Source of the DNA: Candidatus Zixiibacteriota bacterium
GTDB lineage: Bacteria; Zixibacteria; MSB-5A5; UBA10806
Assembly (NCBI GenBank): GCA_020344055.1
Contig: CP070813.1
Span: 230,358 to 294,357, forward strand
Length of the DNA stretch: 64,000 nt
Direction of reading: 5' to 3'
Below are positions 40,191-50,318 of this stretch, in pieces. A program made the position numbers and the translations under genes. The notes under the pieces were generated by a model. That model had not been told where the DNA came from and ran no database searches. It saw only the letters and a program-made list of their open reading frames with translations. The number at the start of each line of letters is the position of its first letter. The stretch's first letter is position 1.

Positions 40191-41456
40191 CTATTTTGTT
40201 CCGGATGCGCTTTCCTTCTGGCGGGCCTTCGGCCCCCCGTAAAGGCCGATATCCGAACGAGTCCCATCGGAGTCCGTCAAAAGCGGGTTGCCGGTTTCTT
40301 TAAGCGGCGAATCGGGCAAAAGGCGGAAATCCTCCGTATCAGCAAATCCGGGATCTACGCTGATATTTCCTTTTTTATCTGTATAATCCGGCATATCTCC
40401 GTATTCGCCGTCTTTATTGCTCCAAACGTCGTTATAAGAGATATCAAAATTATATAGCGTTCCGTAATTCCAGATTCCCACGCAGGGACATACCCACTGA
40501 TCCCTCCAACCGTTATTCACGACAATATTATTCGAAAATCTTCCCGTGCATTCATCCGACCAGATGGCCATCCCGCAGTTGCCGTTGTTGTAGACAATGT
40601 TATTAGTGGCGTCCATATATGATGTCCCCGTGGCGATAATGCCCCAGCCGAGGTTATCCCGGACAATATTATTGGAGCATACCACCCGGCTGTCTCCGAA
40701 GGAACCTATCCCCTTCCAATAATTGGATATCCGGTTACGCACAATGACCGCATTGGCATCCCAGGTTATGCCGATTCCCGCCCCCCGCCCACCGTTGATG
40801 ATATTGTCAGCTATATAAGCCGTGGCTCCTCTATATAGCGCGATCCCGTCCCAGGTGTTATTTTTGATACGGTTGTTGATTATAAACAGCTCCGCTCCCT
40901 CTCTACCCATAATACCGCCGATACCCACCACCACCGATTCAGGGCGATCGCTGTTGTCGGCGATAAGGCAGTTCTCGATCGTGACTCTGCCCCATTTCAC
41001 CACCACCGCGGCATCGGTCGCCATACCGTCCAGATCCCTCTTCCCCCCGGTTATCTGCAGGTTCGATATATATGAACCGTAACTTCGTAAAAACAAAACT
41101 CCGTAGCCGGCGCCGGTTACCAGGACGGTCGAATCCACGCCCGAACCAATTATGGTGAGACCTTTATTTTCGACTAAAAAACCGCGGCTGGCTTTTACCG
41201 GCGTAACATGATCTTCGCAATTACCGCAGAGGCTCTCCGGATAGGCGTATGACTGCGATACATATTTTCCCGGCCCGATAATCACCGTATCGCCGTGGGA
41301 GCAGCGGTCCAGAGCGGCCTGGAGATTCCTGAACGGTTTTGTTACGGATCCATCGCCTCTAACGTTATCCCCCAGATCATCGACGTGAAAAGTCCCGGCC
41401 GGTACCGCCGTGGATGATACCAACAACGCGGATATTATTAAGAAGCCTCTCAGCAT
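40191..41456 (-). CDS. Secreted right-handed parallel beta-helix (pectin-lyase-fold) repeat protein
   Basis: Signal peptide; repeated I-x-N-N / G-x-G-I beta-helix rungs (NNIVRDNLGWGIIATG...NNIVYNNGNCGMAIW...NNIVVNNGW). Confidence 0.6.
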   Translation of the reverse strand: MLRGFLIISALLVSSTAVPAGTFHVDDLGDNVRGDGSVTKPFRNLQAALDRCSHGDTVIIGPGKYVSQSYAYPESLCGNCEDHVTPVKASRGFLVENKGLTIIGSGVDSTVLVTGAGYGVLFLRSYGSYISNLQITGGKRDLDGMATDAAVVVKWGRVTIENCLIADNSDRPESVVVGIGGIMGREGAELFIINNRIKNNTWDGIALYRGATAYIADNIINGGRGAGIGITWDANAVIVRNRISNYWKGIGSFGDSRVVCSNNIVRDNLGWGIIATGTSYMDATNNIVYNNGNCGMAIWSDECTGRFSNNIVVNNGWRDQWVCPCVGIWNYGTLYNFDISYNDVWSNKDGEYGDMPDYTDKKGNISVDPGFADTEDFRLLPDSPLKETGNPLLTDSDGTRSDIGLYGGPKARQKESASGTK

Positions 41457-41750
41457 ATCGTTTTATTAGGAGCGATTTCGCCCCCAGTCAAGATTTTATA
41501 ATACCGACCCCTCCAAAAATGGCGATGAAAATGCAATTTTATCAGATATAATTATCAAAAGACCGGGAACGCCGGCCCAGGTATAGCACCTTCACCATAT
41601 TTTTCCCGTGCCTGTCGCGGAATTATTTTGCCGCCGATACGCAACCAATTGCGATTCAACGTGATACAATGTCGTAGCATTTTGAAACAATCTCGCTTAT
41701 CGGGAGCCGATTTTGCGGATAATTCCCTTAAACGTCACAGGGGAGGCACC

Positions 41751-42512
41751 GTGATTTACAGTTCTCATACAAATTCGCTCCGCCACATTACCGACTTGAT
41801 CAAAGCCAAACTTGAGCTGGGAAAATCCTTTGAAAAACTCTCTTCGGGGATGAAAATCAACAGGGCTTCCGACGATCCTGCCGGCCTGGTAATATCGGAA
41901 CAAATGCGGGCAAGGATAGGGGAAATATCGCAGCTAATTAGAAACATCGAATATCAAAACAATAAATACACCGTCGCTGAGAGCGGCCTCGCCGCCATGC
42001 AGGTCAATCTGCAGGAGATAAGAAACGTGGCTCTGGCGGCGTCCGACGAGGGGGCGGTAACGGACGATATGCGCACCGCCTATCAAACCGTCGTGAATAG
42101 AAATATCGAGGGTTTTAATAACATTATTAAAAATACAAGCTTCGGTACCCAGGCCCTTTTAGATGGCTCCGAGGGTTCCGTGGCGGATATAAAAGAGCTG
42201 GATAATCTCGATATCACCGACCCTGAACAGGCCCGTCTGGCGGTGGGTATTATAGATGAGAAAATTAACGAGATTCTTAATCTCAGGGGAGAAATAGGCG
42301 CCAAACAGAAATACCAGTTCGGATCGCAAAAATCGAACCTTCAAACGGAATTAATCAATCTAACGGCTGCGGAATCGAGCATTCGCGATACTGATATGGC
42401 TCGAGAATATGCAAATATGGTGTCATACGAAATCAAGTTGAAAGCCGGGATGTCTCTTCTGGCTCACAGACACCTGTTATCCGGATTTTTAGTCAACATA
42501 ATCGCCAGATAA
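41751..42512 (+). CDS. Short flagellin-domain protein (N- and C-terminal flagellin helices, approx 253 aa)
   Basis: LSSGMKINRASDDPAGLVISEQMRARI matches the flagellin N-domain signature and ESSIRDTDMAREYANMVSYEIKLKAGMSLLAH the C-domain signature. Start proposed at GTG 41751, preceded by GGGGAGG RBS; the longer ORF from 41628 lacks an RBS. Confidence 0.6.
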   Translation: MIYSSHTNSLRHITDLIKAKLELGKSFEKLSSGMKINRASDDPAGLVISEQMRARIGEISQLIRNIEYQNNKYTVAESGLAAMQVNLQEIRNVALAASDEGAVTDDMRTAYQTVVNRNIEGFNNIIKNTSFGTQALLDGSEGSVADIKELDNLDITDPEQARLAVGIIDEKINEILNLRGEIGAKQKYQFGSQKSNLQTELINLTAAESSIRDTDMAREYANMVSYEIKLKAGMSLLAHRHLLSGFLVNIIAR

Positions 42513-42544
42513 TCGTTTTTTATTATACAATATAACCGCAGATC

Positions 42545-43552
42545 CTACTTTCGGCGGTCTTTGAAGTGATCATATCCGTTAGGCTCGATTTCAGCAATCG
42601 CTCCGTCTCTTCCCTGTAGTTTGATTCCAGTCTCCTCTTTCGTTCTGCCTATGGGGTAAACGGAACATCCTCCGGAATTCATCGAATCCCTCAATTTATA
42701 ATATAAATGTTCCGGTACCGTTCCCATCAATACATAATCCTCGCCGCCGTAAAGGGCGAAGTCTGTCGCGTCCGGACCATTGATATGGCAATATTGCCTG
42801 CACTCTTCGGAAATCGGTAAATCGCTTTCCCTGACAAGCGCCCCCACCTTCGATTCCCTGCAGATATTACCCAGGTCGGCCATAACCCCGTCGGATATGT
42901 CAATTAACGAGGTCGCGAAACCCGACGATGATATAATCTCTCCCTCCTTTAGATGGGGATGCGGCGAGACATGCGCCCCGGTAAGAGAGCCGTACTTTTT
43001 TATACTTAACGCCCGCTTCAAAATATCAAGTCCCGCGGCCGATGATCCGACCTCGCCGGTCACGAAAATCACCTGATCCACTCCCGCCCCCGATCGATAC
43101 AGAACCTTATCTTTTGAAGATTCGCCCACCAGAAATATGTTAATAAACAACAATTCGGGCGACAGCGATGTATCCCCTCCAATCAGATCGATTTTATATT
43201 CAGCCGCCAGGGACGACATCCCCGATACCAGCTTATCAAGGTAATCGATTTCGGTGGATTCCGGAGCTCCCAGGGAAAGCAGGGCGTACAACGGTTTCCC
43301 TCCCATGGCGGCGATATCCGATATATTGACCGCCAGCGCTTTTCGGCCGAGATTTTCGGGACTCATAAATCCTTTCGTAAAGTGTACCCCTTCGACAAGA
43401 ACGTCGGTCGTAAGCAACATCACCTTGTCGTTGGACGATTCCACTACCGCGCAATCGTCTCCGATACCTTTTATAACGTTTTCTCCGGCCGGCCCGACTA
43501 TACCTCTTATCATTTCGATTAATCCGAATTCGCCTAAATCGTTCAGTTTCAT
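42545..43552 (-). CDS. thiL: Thiamine-monophosphate kinase
   Basis: LGEFGLIEMIRGIVGPAGENVIKGIGDDCAVVE...LLTTDVLVEGVHF: AIR-synthase-related fold with ThiL N-terminal pattern; 335 aa. Confidence 0.8.
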   Translation of the reverse strand: MKLNDLGEFGLIEMIRGIVGPAGENVIKGIGDDCAVVESSNDKVMLLTTDVLVEGVHFTKGFMSPENLGRKALAVNISDIAAMGGKPLYALLSLGAPESTEIDYLDKLVSGMSSLAAEYKIDLIGGDTSLSPELLFINIFLVGESSKDKVLYRSGAGVDQVIFVTGEVGSSAAGLDILKRALSIKKYGSLTGAHVSPHPHLKEGEIISSSGFATSLIDISDGVMADLGNICRESKVGALVRESDLPISEECRQYCHINGPDATDFALYGGEDYVLMGTVPEHLYYKLRDSMNSGGCSVYPIGRTKEETGIKLQGRDGAIAEIEPNGYDHFKDRRK

Positions 43553-43565
43553 TTGAGTCTAAATA

Positions 43566-43612
43566 TACAATAAAAAAACCGCCCGACCCAAAAAATCCGG
43601 CGGCGGTTTTTC
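43566..43612. terminator. GC hairpin flanked by A/T runs downstream of the DUF4340 gene
   Basis: AAAAAAACCGCCCGACCC...CCGGCGGCGGTTTTTCAG. Confidence 0.5.
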
Positions 43613-43625
43613 AGAAAAATCCGGC

Positions 43626-44624
43626 TTATTTATCCGGTTTTTTGAACTGATCCTCAAAGATCCTTTCGAATGTATTTTTGGGAACGACGTAAACGGCATT
43701 TTTCCCGTCTACAACGGCGTATCTCTGCTCCTCATCGTCGACGGGCTTGCTGAATTTTACCAAATTACTTTTGCCGGCGTTATCCATGGCCAGAAAAGTA
43801 TAATCCGGATTTTCAAGTCCGAATTTATCCATATTTTCCGGATCGGTGATCCCCGATGCCCTTATGCTGGAGAGGGTGGAGTGCAGTCTTTTTATCTTGC
43901 TCTCCTCGAGCCTCAGCCCTTTTTCGGGGGAAATCTGTGTCCAGATCTCCTCCGGCGGAGCCAGGGTATCCTCCGACGGTTCCTGTAAGAGCGCAAACTC
44001 AAATTCGGTTTTGCCCCTTTTTATTTTATAGGACTTTATCTGATCCCTGGGGATATCGATTAGGGCCAGTTCCACCCATCGGTCGGTGGGTAGTTTTTTC
44101 TCCGGGGGCGCGTTCCAGGCCGCGAACCGCGAGATAAAATTATCATCCGCCAGGTATACTATCGGCGATCCTGCCAGCCGCATGAAACAACCGCGGCCGC
44201 CGCTACCTTTTCCGATATAGGCGTGGAGGAGTTTCGATCCCTCCTCATCGAAAATTTCGATCTGCAGCGCCCGCTCATCGGTAATATCGAAATCTTCATA
44301 TAGCTCGGCGGACTCCCCCCTGATCTGCCCGCTGACATCGTTTAAGTTCGTAAATAGATTATCGATATCGGTTTTCTTGGCGGGAGCGTTGTAGGCGTTG
44401 GTCACCACCCACCCGGTATCGATTCTGGCGAAATGCAATCCTGAATCGGGGTAATCGCGTTTGTAAATATCCACCCTGGCCGCCATTTCAGAATCGAATT
44501 CGATATCAAGGGCCCCCAGGCTTTCCGGCGCGCTGGTAGGGGAATCGACATTTCTCAACACCACCCATAAAATCAACAACGCGCCCAGTACAATCAGCAT
44601 CGAGTAAATAATTCTCTTGTTCAT
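43626..44624 (-). CDS. DUF4340-like protein (GldG-associated)
   Basis: N-terminal TM anchor, 332 aa, immediately downstream (1-nt gap) of the GldF/GldG-like fusion, the usual position of DUF4340 genes. Confidence 0.5.
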   Translation of the reverse strand: MNKRIIYSMLIVLGALLILWVVLRNVDSPTSAPESLGALDIEFDSEMAARVDIYKRDYPDSGLHFARIDTGWVVTNAYNAPAKKTDIDNLFTNLNDVSGQIRGESAELYEDFDITDERALQIEIFDEEGSKLLHAYIGKGSGGRGCFMRLAGSPIVYLADDNFISRFAAWNAPPEKKLPTDRWVELALIDIPRDQIKSYKIKRGKTEFEFALLQEPSEDTLAPPEEIWTQISPEKGLRLEESKIKRLHSTLSSIRASGITDPENMDKFGLENPDYTFLAMDNAGKSNLVKFSKPVDDEEQRYAVVDGKNAVYVVPKNTFERIFEDQFKKPDK

Positions 44625-47111
44625 TTATCTCACACCTCCGGCAGCCTGTTCAAGAAGTCTCCTGTACGCCAATCGTTTATCGCGCCTGACGATCATCCTG
44701 AAAACGCCAAACGCTACTATAACCGCCGGCGCCAGCAGAATGGTAAAAATCCTCCAGAGTATCTTTGAAAGCGGAGAGGTCTCCTTCAGGAAACGAACTT
44801 GAATAATCTTGCTCCTGATATGAAGCAGATCCTCGCTCAAGGCGAATCCCTCAATGGCCTTTAACAACAGATCTTCATGAGACGGTTTCTGACCCCGGAA
44901 CCCGGCCTCCGGTATGAATTGATCGGAAAAAATCTCGTTGTTGCCTATAAACATTAATCTGCCCGGAGCCGGAGTCACGGATTCAACGTCAGAGAGAGCT
45001 TCGACTGAATCGGGTAGATCCTGCCATTTCGGCGGAGGCTGATTCTCGTATGGATCCGGGAACTGCCCCTCCAGGATCACCGCCAGAGGCTGACGCCCGA
45101 TTTTCTCCTGGTAGTCGGGATTGGCAACATCGCCCGCCAACGGCAATCCTGAAAATTCGGCCTCCCAGGTATCGGAGCTGGAGGTCATCAATACCGAAAG
45201 CTTGAGTCCGAGCTCGTCGACTTTCGTAGAATCGATCTTTATGGGGGAACCCCAGAGATAAACCATGGGGCCCAGATTGGCGGTAAACGCGTAATCCTGG
45301 TTGATATTTTCCGGGGAGATCCGGATCTGCACCGGCGATTGAACGTCAAGGTTCACCGGAACCGTAAGAAAACCGAACGACTGCTGGGCTTGGACTCCGA
45401 CCACCTGATTCTGCGCGTCCATCATGATTTTGTCACCCAGCGAGATACCGTAGTTCGAAATCAATCCGTTGATTCCGGGATCGGCCTTGGCCGGCATAAT
45501 CATGACGTCTCCGCCCCGACCGGGACTGTAATTAAACCTGTACGCCTGTGACGCGATTATCACGTCCTTGCCGGCGTAAAGCTGTCTGGCGATCTCATAC
45601 TTTTGCCTGTCCGAAAGGCTTTTGGGTTCCACCACCAGTATCGCCTTGACGTCATCCGGCAGAGTCTCTTTCGAGGACAGCTCTATCCGGCTTAAATTGT
45701 AGCCGAGCTGCCTGTAAGTATTCGCGAGGTTTTGATACCTGTCGTTCTTTTCGGGTATCTGCTGTCCCATCGTTTGCATAAACTGGCGCATTCTGGGATC
45801 GTTATATCTGGGATCCATCGGCTCATAGGGAGCCACAAGGGCGATAACCGGGGGAGCTTCCTGGGTCATCTTGAATATTATCGAACAGATATCGTATTCG
45901 AGACTGGGCAAACTCGAGGGCATAACCTGGGGAATGACTTCGTCCGGCTTATCCAGATAAGATATCGATATCGATGAAAAGACTTTTTTAATGCCGACGG
46001 CGTCCCGTTCAGTGGTTCGCAGAGTAAAAGGGGCAATGCCCTTTTCCGTCAAGCTCTGGGCAAGTTCCTCGTTTCCGGTCGGATCGATGACCTCGTATTT
46101 TATTTTGCCGGAGATCTTTTTGAATTCCTCGAGCTTGTCGGTGATATTCCTCTCGATATCCTTCATGCCGGGCGGCATTTTCTCTTCCGGCGTAACATAA
46201 TACCTGATGGTCACGGTGGTCTTGAGGTCCTCGATTATATTTTTCGCGGAATCGCTTATGGTATAGATCTTGCCTTCGGTAGCATCCCACCGTCCCAGCG
46301 GCAGCTGATAGACTATTATATTGAACATAGCCGCCACGGCGAGCATAACCACGGCCGCGCCGGTAAACGTAAGATCGGCCTGCCGTCTCATCCTCTGCTC
46401 CACCGTCAGGGCGTTCAGAACCAGGAATACCGCCGTGAAGGACAAAAAGTACACGATATCGTTGATGCTTATCACGCCCTTATACATGGTCTCGAAATGC
46501 CCCAGCGACCCGACGGACCTCTGAAGAAAGGTGCCCAGTCCGCCGATCCACGAATCCAGCTGCGCCGCGATGGGAAGCCAGCCCAGAAGGTGCAGCAACA
46601 TCGCTCCTATCACAGCCATCACCCAAGCCGTTATCTGGTCTTTAAAAAGCCCCGAAAAAAACAGCCCAAGTGAGGTATACAAACCTCCCAGAAACAGCAA
46701 TCCGAGATATCCGCCGAATATGGGGCCGCCGTCGGGATCTCCCAGGATTATAATCGCTATCATAATCGGTAACGTACCCAGCAGGTACAATACGTAGAAT
46801 CCCAGGCCCGCGAAAAACTTGCCTAAAACCAGATGCATCGATTTTACCGGAAGCGATTGCAATAGGGCAATCGAACCCGATTTCTGCTCCTCCGCCCAGA
46901 GCCTCATGGTGATAGCGGGAAGGAAAAACAGCATCAACCACGAATTTATGGAGAAAAAGTCCCTCATCTCGGCAACGCCGGCGGCAAAGAAGAAAAAGAA
47001 ACTGTACAATCCGGAGCAAACCGCCAGTATCGCGACTATGAATACATAAGCGATGGGGGAATTGAAATAGGATGAAAATTCTCTTCTAAAAATAGTCATT
47101 ACGTTTTTCAT
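44625..47111 (-). CDS. Fusion of ABC-2-type permease (GldF-like) and GldG-like gliding-associated ABC auxiliary component
   Basis: 828 aa: N-terminal approx 240 aa with 6 TM helices (ABC-2 permease), then a large periplasmic region and a C-terminal TM helix, as in GldG. Confidence 0.6.
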   Translation of the reverse strand: MKNVMTIFRREFSSYFNSPIAYVFIVAILAVCSGLYSFFFFFAAGVAEMRDFFSINSWLMLFFLPAITMRLWAEEQKSGSIALLQSLPVKSMHLVLGKFFAGLGFYVLYLLGTLPIMIAIIILGDPDGGPIFGGYLGLLFLGGLYTSLGLFFSGLFKDQITAWVMAVIGAMLLHLLGWLPIAAQLDSWIGGLGTFLQRSVGSLGHFETMYKGVISINDIVYFLSFTAVFLVLNALTVEQRMRRQADLTFTGAAVVMLAVAAMFNIIVYQLPLGRWDATEGKIYTISDSAKNIIEDLKTTVTIRYYVTPEEKMPPGMKDIERNITDKLEEFKKISGKIKYEVIDPTGNEELAQSLTEKGIAPFTLRTTERDAVGIKKVFSSISISYLDKPDEVIPQVMPSSLPSLEYDICSIIFKMTQEAPPVIALVAPYEPMDPRYNDPRMRQFMQTMGQQIPEKNDRYQNLANTYRQLGYNLSRIELSSKETLPDDVKAILVVEPKSLSDRQKYEIARQLYAGKDVIIASQAYRFNYSPGRGGDVMIMPAKADPGINGLISNYGISLGDKIMMDAQNQVVGVQAQQSFGFLTVPVNLDVQSPVQIRISPENINQDYAFTANLGPMVYLWGSPIKIDSTKVDELGLKLSVLMTSSSDTWEAEFSGLPLAGDVANPDYQEKIGRQPLAVILEGQFPDPYENQPPPKWQDLPDSVEALSDVESVTPAPGRLMFIGNNEIFSDQFIPEAGFRGQKPSHEDLLLKAIEGFALSEDLLHIRSKIIQVRFLKETSPLSKILWRIFTILLAPAVIVAFGVFRMIVRRDKRLAYRRLLEQAAGGVR

Positions 47112-47113
47112 AG

Positions 47114-48085
47114 CTATTTCTCCACTTTCTCGCCGGATAATTTCTTCTCCGAACCAACCTTGACGTAATAACGGAAGGCTTCCTCCATGGAGGATTTATC
47201 CCGTTTAAATTCCCTGATCAGCCAGCCATTGCTGTTCAGCTTTTCGGCCAGCTTAATCCAGGCGTTCCCGTTGGAGGACGATTCGACCCTTGCCGTCGAG
47301 AATCCTTCTTTCTCGACTATATTATAATCCAGCTGCAACTCTTCCTTGAGGCCGTCGAGCATGACCGCAAGATCTCCCCTGGAAACTTTCACGCTAAGCG
47401 TAAACCTCACCGCCTGCGACACTTTTGACTGCAGTTCCTCCAGGGTCCCGTCGGCCACTATGAATCCGTCGGTAATAATAACTACCCTATCGGCGATGGC
47501 CTCGACTTCCTGCAATATATGGGTCGAGAAGATAATGGTTTTATCGTGTGCCAGCGACCTTATAAGATCACGTATTCCGATAATTTGCATCGGATCCAAT
47601 CCCGACGTCGGTTCGTCGAGAATGAGCACCTCGGGATCGTGGATCAGCGCCTGGGCCAGCCCCGCCCGCTGAATGTAACCCCGAGACAAGGTGCCCACGG
47701 TGGTCTTGAAAACCTCCCGTAAACCGCAGGCGTTAACGACGTACTCGATTCGTTCCCTTAGCCTGGAATCGGACAATCCCCTGGCTTTGCCCACAAAATC
47801 GAGGTATTCCGAAACCTCCATCTCACCATACAGAGGAGGCGTTTCGGGCAGATAGCCTACCCTACGACGAACCTCGATCGGTTCTTTAAGGATATCGTAT
47901 CCGGCAACCTTCCCGCCGCCCGAGGTGGGGACGATCTGAGTGGTAAGAATCTTCATCGTGGTCGTCTTCCCCGCTCCGTTGGGTCCCAGAAGACCCATGA
48001 CCTCTCCTTTATTGGCCTTCAAGGAAGCGTCGGAAACGGCCACGACGGAACCGTAATTCATACTTAAACCGTTAGCTTCAACCAT
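47114..48085 (-). CDS. ABC transporter ATP-binding protein (GldA-like)
   Basis: Walker A GPNGAGKTT, signature LSRGYIQR, Walker B LILDEPTSGLD, plus approx 90 aa C-terminal extension. Confidence 0.8.
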   Translation of the reverse strand: MVEANGLSMNYGSVVAVSDASLKANKGEVMGLLGPNGAGKTTTMKILTTQIVPTSGGGKVAGYDILKEPIEVRRRVGYLPETPPLYGEMEVSEYLDFVGKARGLSDSRLRERIEYVVNACGLREVFKTTVGTLSRGYIQRAGLAQALIHDPEVLILDEPTSGLDPMQIIGIRDLIRSLAHDKTIIFSTHILQEVEAIADRVVIITDGFIVADGTLEELQSKVSQAVRFTLSVKVSRGDLAVMLDGLKEELQLDYNIVEKEGFSTARVESSSNGNAWIKLAEKLNSNGWLIREFKRDKSSMEEAFRYYVKVGSEKKLSGEKVEK

Positions 48086-48364
48086 TTCAAATACCCTTTA
48101 TCTGTTTGTCCTAAGCCTCTCAATTTCACAGCCGGTAAATTAATATTATACTCCGGCGAATTTTCAAGGTTCGCATAATACAAAAAAAAATTCCAATTTT
48201 CCATATTTTTAATGCAGATATTTCAAATATTCCCTTTCGGGCCGTCAAATCCAGTTATTTCACTTATTTTAATTTGCCCCCGATATTAACAACAATTATA
48301 TTGAATCCACCCTCATTTTCGAGGCTTTGGGTGAATGTGATTTTGTGAGTGAGTAAAAAGCGAG

Positions 48365-49651
48365 GTGAATATGCACGGCGGTAATGAGAAATTCTCCTGG
48401 AAAAACGTACTTCCCAACTGCAAACCGATAACAAGGGTGCTCTCCGCGGGATACGACCCGGCGTTTTCCGAGATGTCGGCGAAAACCCCTATTTTCCCCA
48501 CGTCGACTTTTCTTTTCAAATCCGCCGAACATGGAGAGAGATTTTTTTACCTGATGAGTCACCCCGAGGAAAGAGGGCAGGACGAAGATCCCGGGCTGAT
48601 TTATTCCAGGATGAACAATCCCAACATGGAAATAGCTGAGGATAAGATGCTGGTTCTGGAGCCCGGCGCCGAGGACGCCGCGGTCCTGCCATCGGGGATG
48701 TCCGCCATTTCCACTATGTGCCTGGCGCTTCTCAAACCCGGCGATATAATTTTATATTCGGCGCCCGTCTATGGAGGGACCGAGCACCTTTTCGAAATGG
48801 TTTTCCCCAAATTCGGGATCGAAACCAAACCGGTTTACTCCCCGGAGGCAAGCGAGTATCGGGGCAACCTCGATAAATACAAAGACCGGATCGCCATGAT
48901 ATTCATCGAGACTCCCACCAATCCCACAATCGTCCATACCGATATTCAGGAAATCGCAGGGTTGGCAGGGGAATATAGATCGGCCGAAAACGGGATTAAG
49001 GTGGCTGTCGATAATACCTTCATGGGGCCGGTCTTCCAGAATCCCATCCCGCTGGGCGCGGATCTGGTGATATACTCCGCCACAAAATTCATCGGCGGGC
49101 ACTCCGACCTGATCGGCGGTTTCGTGCTCGGGAAAAAAGGCGATATCCGGCTGATAAAATCCTATCGTTCCGTTCTGGGAGCGACCACCGATCCTTTTTG
49201 CTGCTGGATGATATCACGGTCCCTCGAAACAATCGATCTCAGGGTGAAAAAATGCTCCGAAAACGCCGCCAAAATCGCCGCTTTCCTGGCCGATCACCGC
49301 AAAATAAAAAAAGTGGTTTATCCCACCGTTCTGGATAAGGAAAGCTCACAATATCAGATCTATAAAAAGCAGTGCCGGGGCCCGGGGGCTCTGATCTCCT
49401 TTTATATCAACGGAGGGAAAAAAGAAGCCTTCTCCCTATTGGACAATGTGGAGGTCTGCAAGCTCGCCGTCAGCCTGGGAGGGACCGAAACCTTGATACA
49501 GCATCCCAGACGGATGACCCATGCTGACGTATCCGACGATATGTGCGAAAAAGTTGGACTGACTGACTCCATGATCCGACTCTCGGTCGGCATCGAGGAC
49601 CCGGACGACATAATTGACGATCTGAAAAAAGCGCTGGGAAAAGTCGGTTAA
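48365..49651 (+). CDS. PLP-dependent Cys/Met-metabolism enzyme (methionine gamma-lyase / cystathionine gamma-synthase family)
   Basis: Cys_Met_Meta_PP family blocks (NPN..IAEDKMLVLEPGAEDAAVLPSGMSAI..., YSATKFIGGHSDLIGG with the PLP-lysine). Confidence 0.7.
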   Translation: MNMHGGNEKFSWKNVLPNCKPITRVLSAGYDPAFSEMSAKTPIFPTSTFLFKSAEHGERFFYLMSHPEERGQDEDPGLIYSRMNNPNMEIAEDKMLVLEPGAEDAAVLPSGMSAISTMCLALLKPGDIILYSAPVYGGTEHLFEMVFPKFGIETKPVYSPEASEYRGNLDKYKDRIAMIFIETPTNPTIVHTDIQEIAGLAGEYRSAENGIKVAVDNTFMGPVFQNPIPLGADLVIYSATKFIGGHSDLIGGFVLGKKGDIRLIKSYRSVLGATTDPFCCWMISRSLETIDLRVKKCSENAAKIAAFLADHRKIKKVVYPTVLDKESSQYQIYKKQCRGPGALISFYINGGKKEAFSLLDNVEVCKLAVSLGGTETLIQHPRRMTHADVSDDMCEKVGLTDSMIRLSVGIEDPDDIIDDLKKALGKVG

Positions 49652-49778
49652 CAAATATCGTTCCGTAAATTTATATTTGTTTCTTTTCTAAACGTTTCAT
49701 TCTTTTTATGAATCGCCTTTTATTTTCCCGGTGGGCGTCTAATTATTATTTTTCGATAGAAAAGGGGGGCGATCTGCC

Positions 49779-50237
49779 ATGTTACCGGACAAGAAGACCA
49801 TGCTTAAAAAAATGCTTGAAGCCAACCTGCTTGACCGCAAACAGGTTAGCGAGGCTATTGCGTACTGCAAAAAACAGAACGAGGACCTGTACCATTACCT
49901 CACAACACGTCTGGATAAATCATCCGCAAAAATCAATCGATTCTTTATCGATAACTTCGATTGCCACCCGATTATTCTCAACGACATCGTATTAAATCCC
50001 GACGTCCTAAATATGGTGCCCACCAGTTTAATGGTAAATCATCTGATCGTACCGGCTTTTCAAATCAGACAGAGAGTCTATCTGGCCGTCTCCGATCCAC
50101 TGGATATAGACGGCCTTAGGGCTGTTATGAAATATACGGGCGAAAGAAGCGGCATTTTGCTGTCATCGAAGGATCATATAATCAAGGCCTTAGCCGAATA
50201 TTTATTTAAACCAAAAATCGCCTCGATTATGAAATGA
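49779..50237 (+). CDS. Standalone T2SS-E N-terminal (MshEN-like) domain protein
   Basis: 152 aa; pattern LL..KQVSEAI...KKQNEDLYHYL......S...I..F......P.I.L.D....P.VL..VP.....NHLIVPAF......YLAVSDPLDIDGLRAVMKYTGERSGILLSSKDHIIKALAEYL mirrors GspE/PilB N-terminal domains. Confidence 0.45.
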   Translation: MLPDKKTMLKKMLEANLLDRKQVSEAIAYCKKQNEDLYHYLTTRLDKSSAKINRFFIDNFDCHPIILNDIVLNPDVLNMVPTSLMVNHLIVPAFQIRQRVYLAVSDPLDIDGLRAVMKYTGERSGILLSSKDHIIKALAEYLFKPKIASIMK

Positions 50238-50318
50238 TATCTCTAATCTATTATAATCAAACGTGTTCGGCTTGATTCATCGGGCCGGTTGCCTGTGACA
50301 GCAATTACAGGCGACAAT

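Noticed and set aside
41600-41750. Sigma-28-type promoter for the flagellin gene (GCCGATAC at about 41632)
   Set aside because: No correctly spaced TAAA -35 element; the spacing does not fit the TAAA-N15-GCCGATAA consensus.
48086-48364. Possible SAM riboswitch upstream of the Cys/Met-metabolism gene
   Set aside because: AT-rich leader without the conserved SAM-I, SAM-II or SAM-V core motifs visible by eye; left unassigned.
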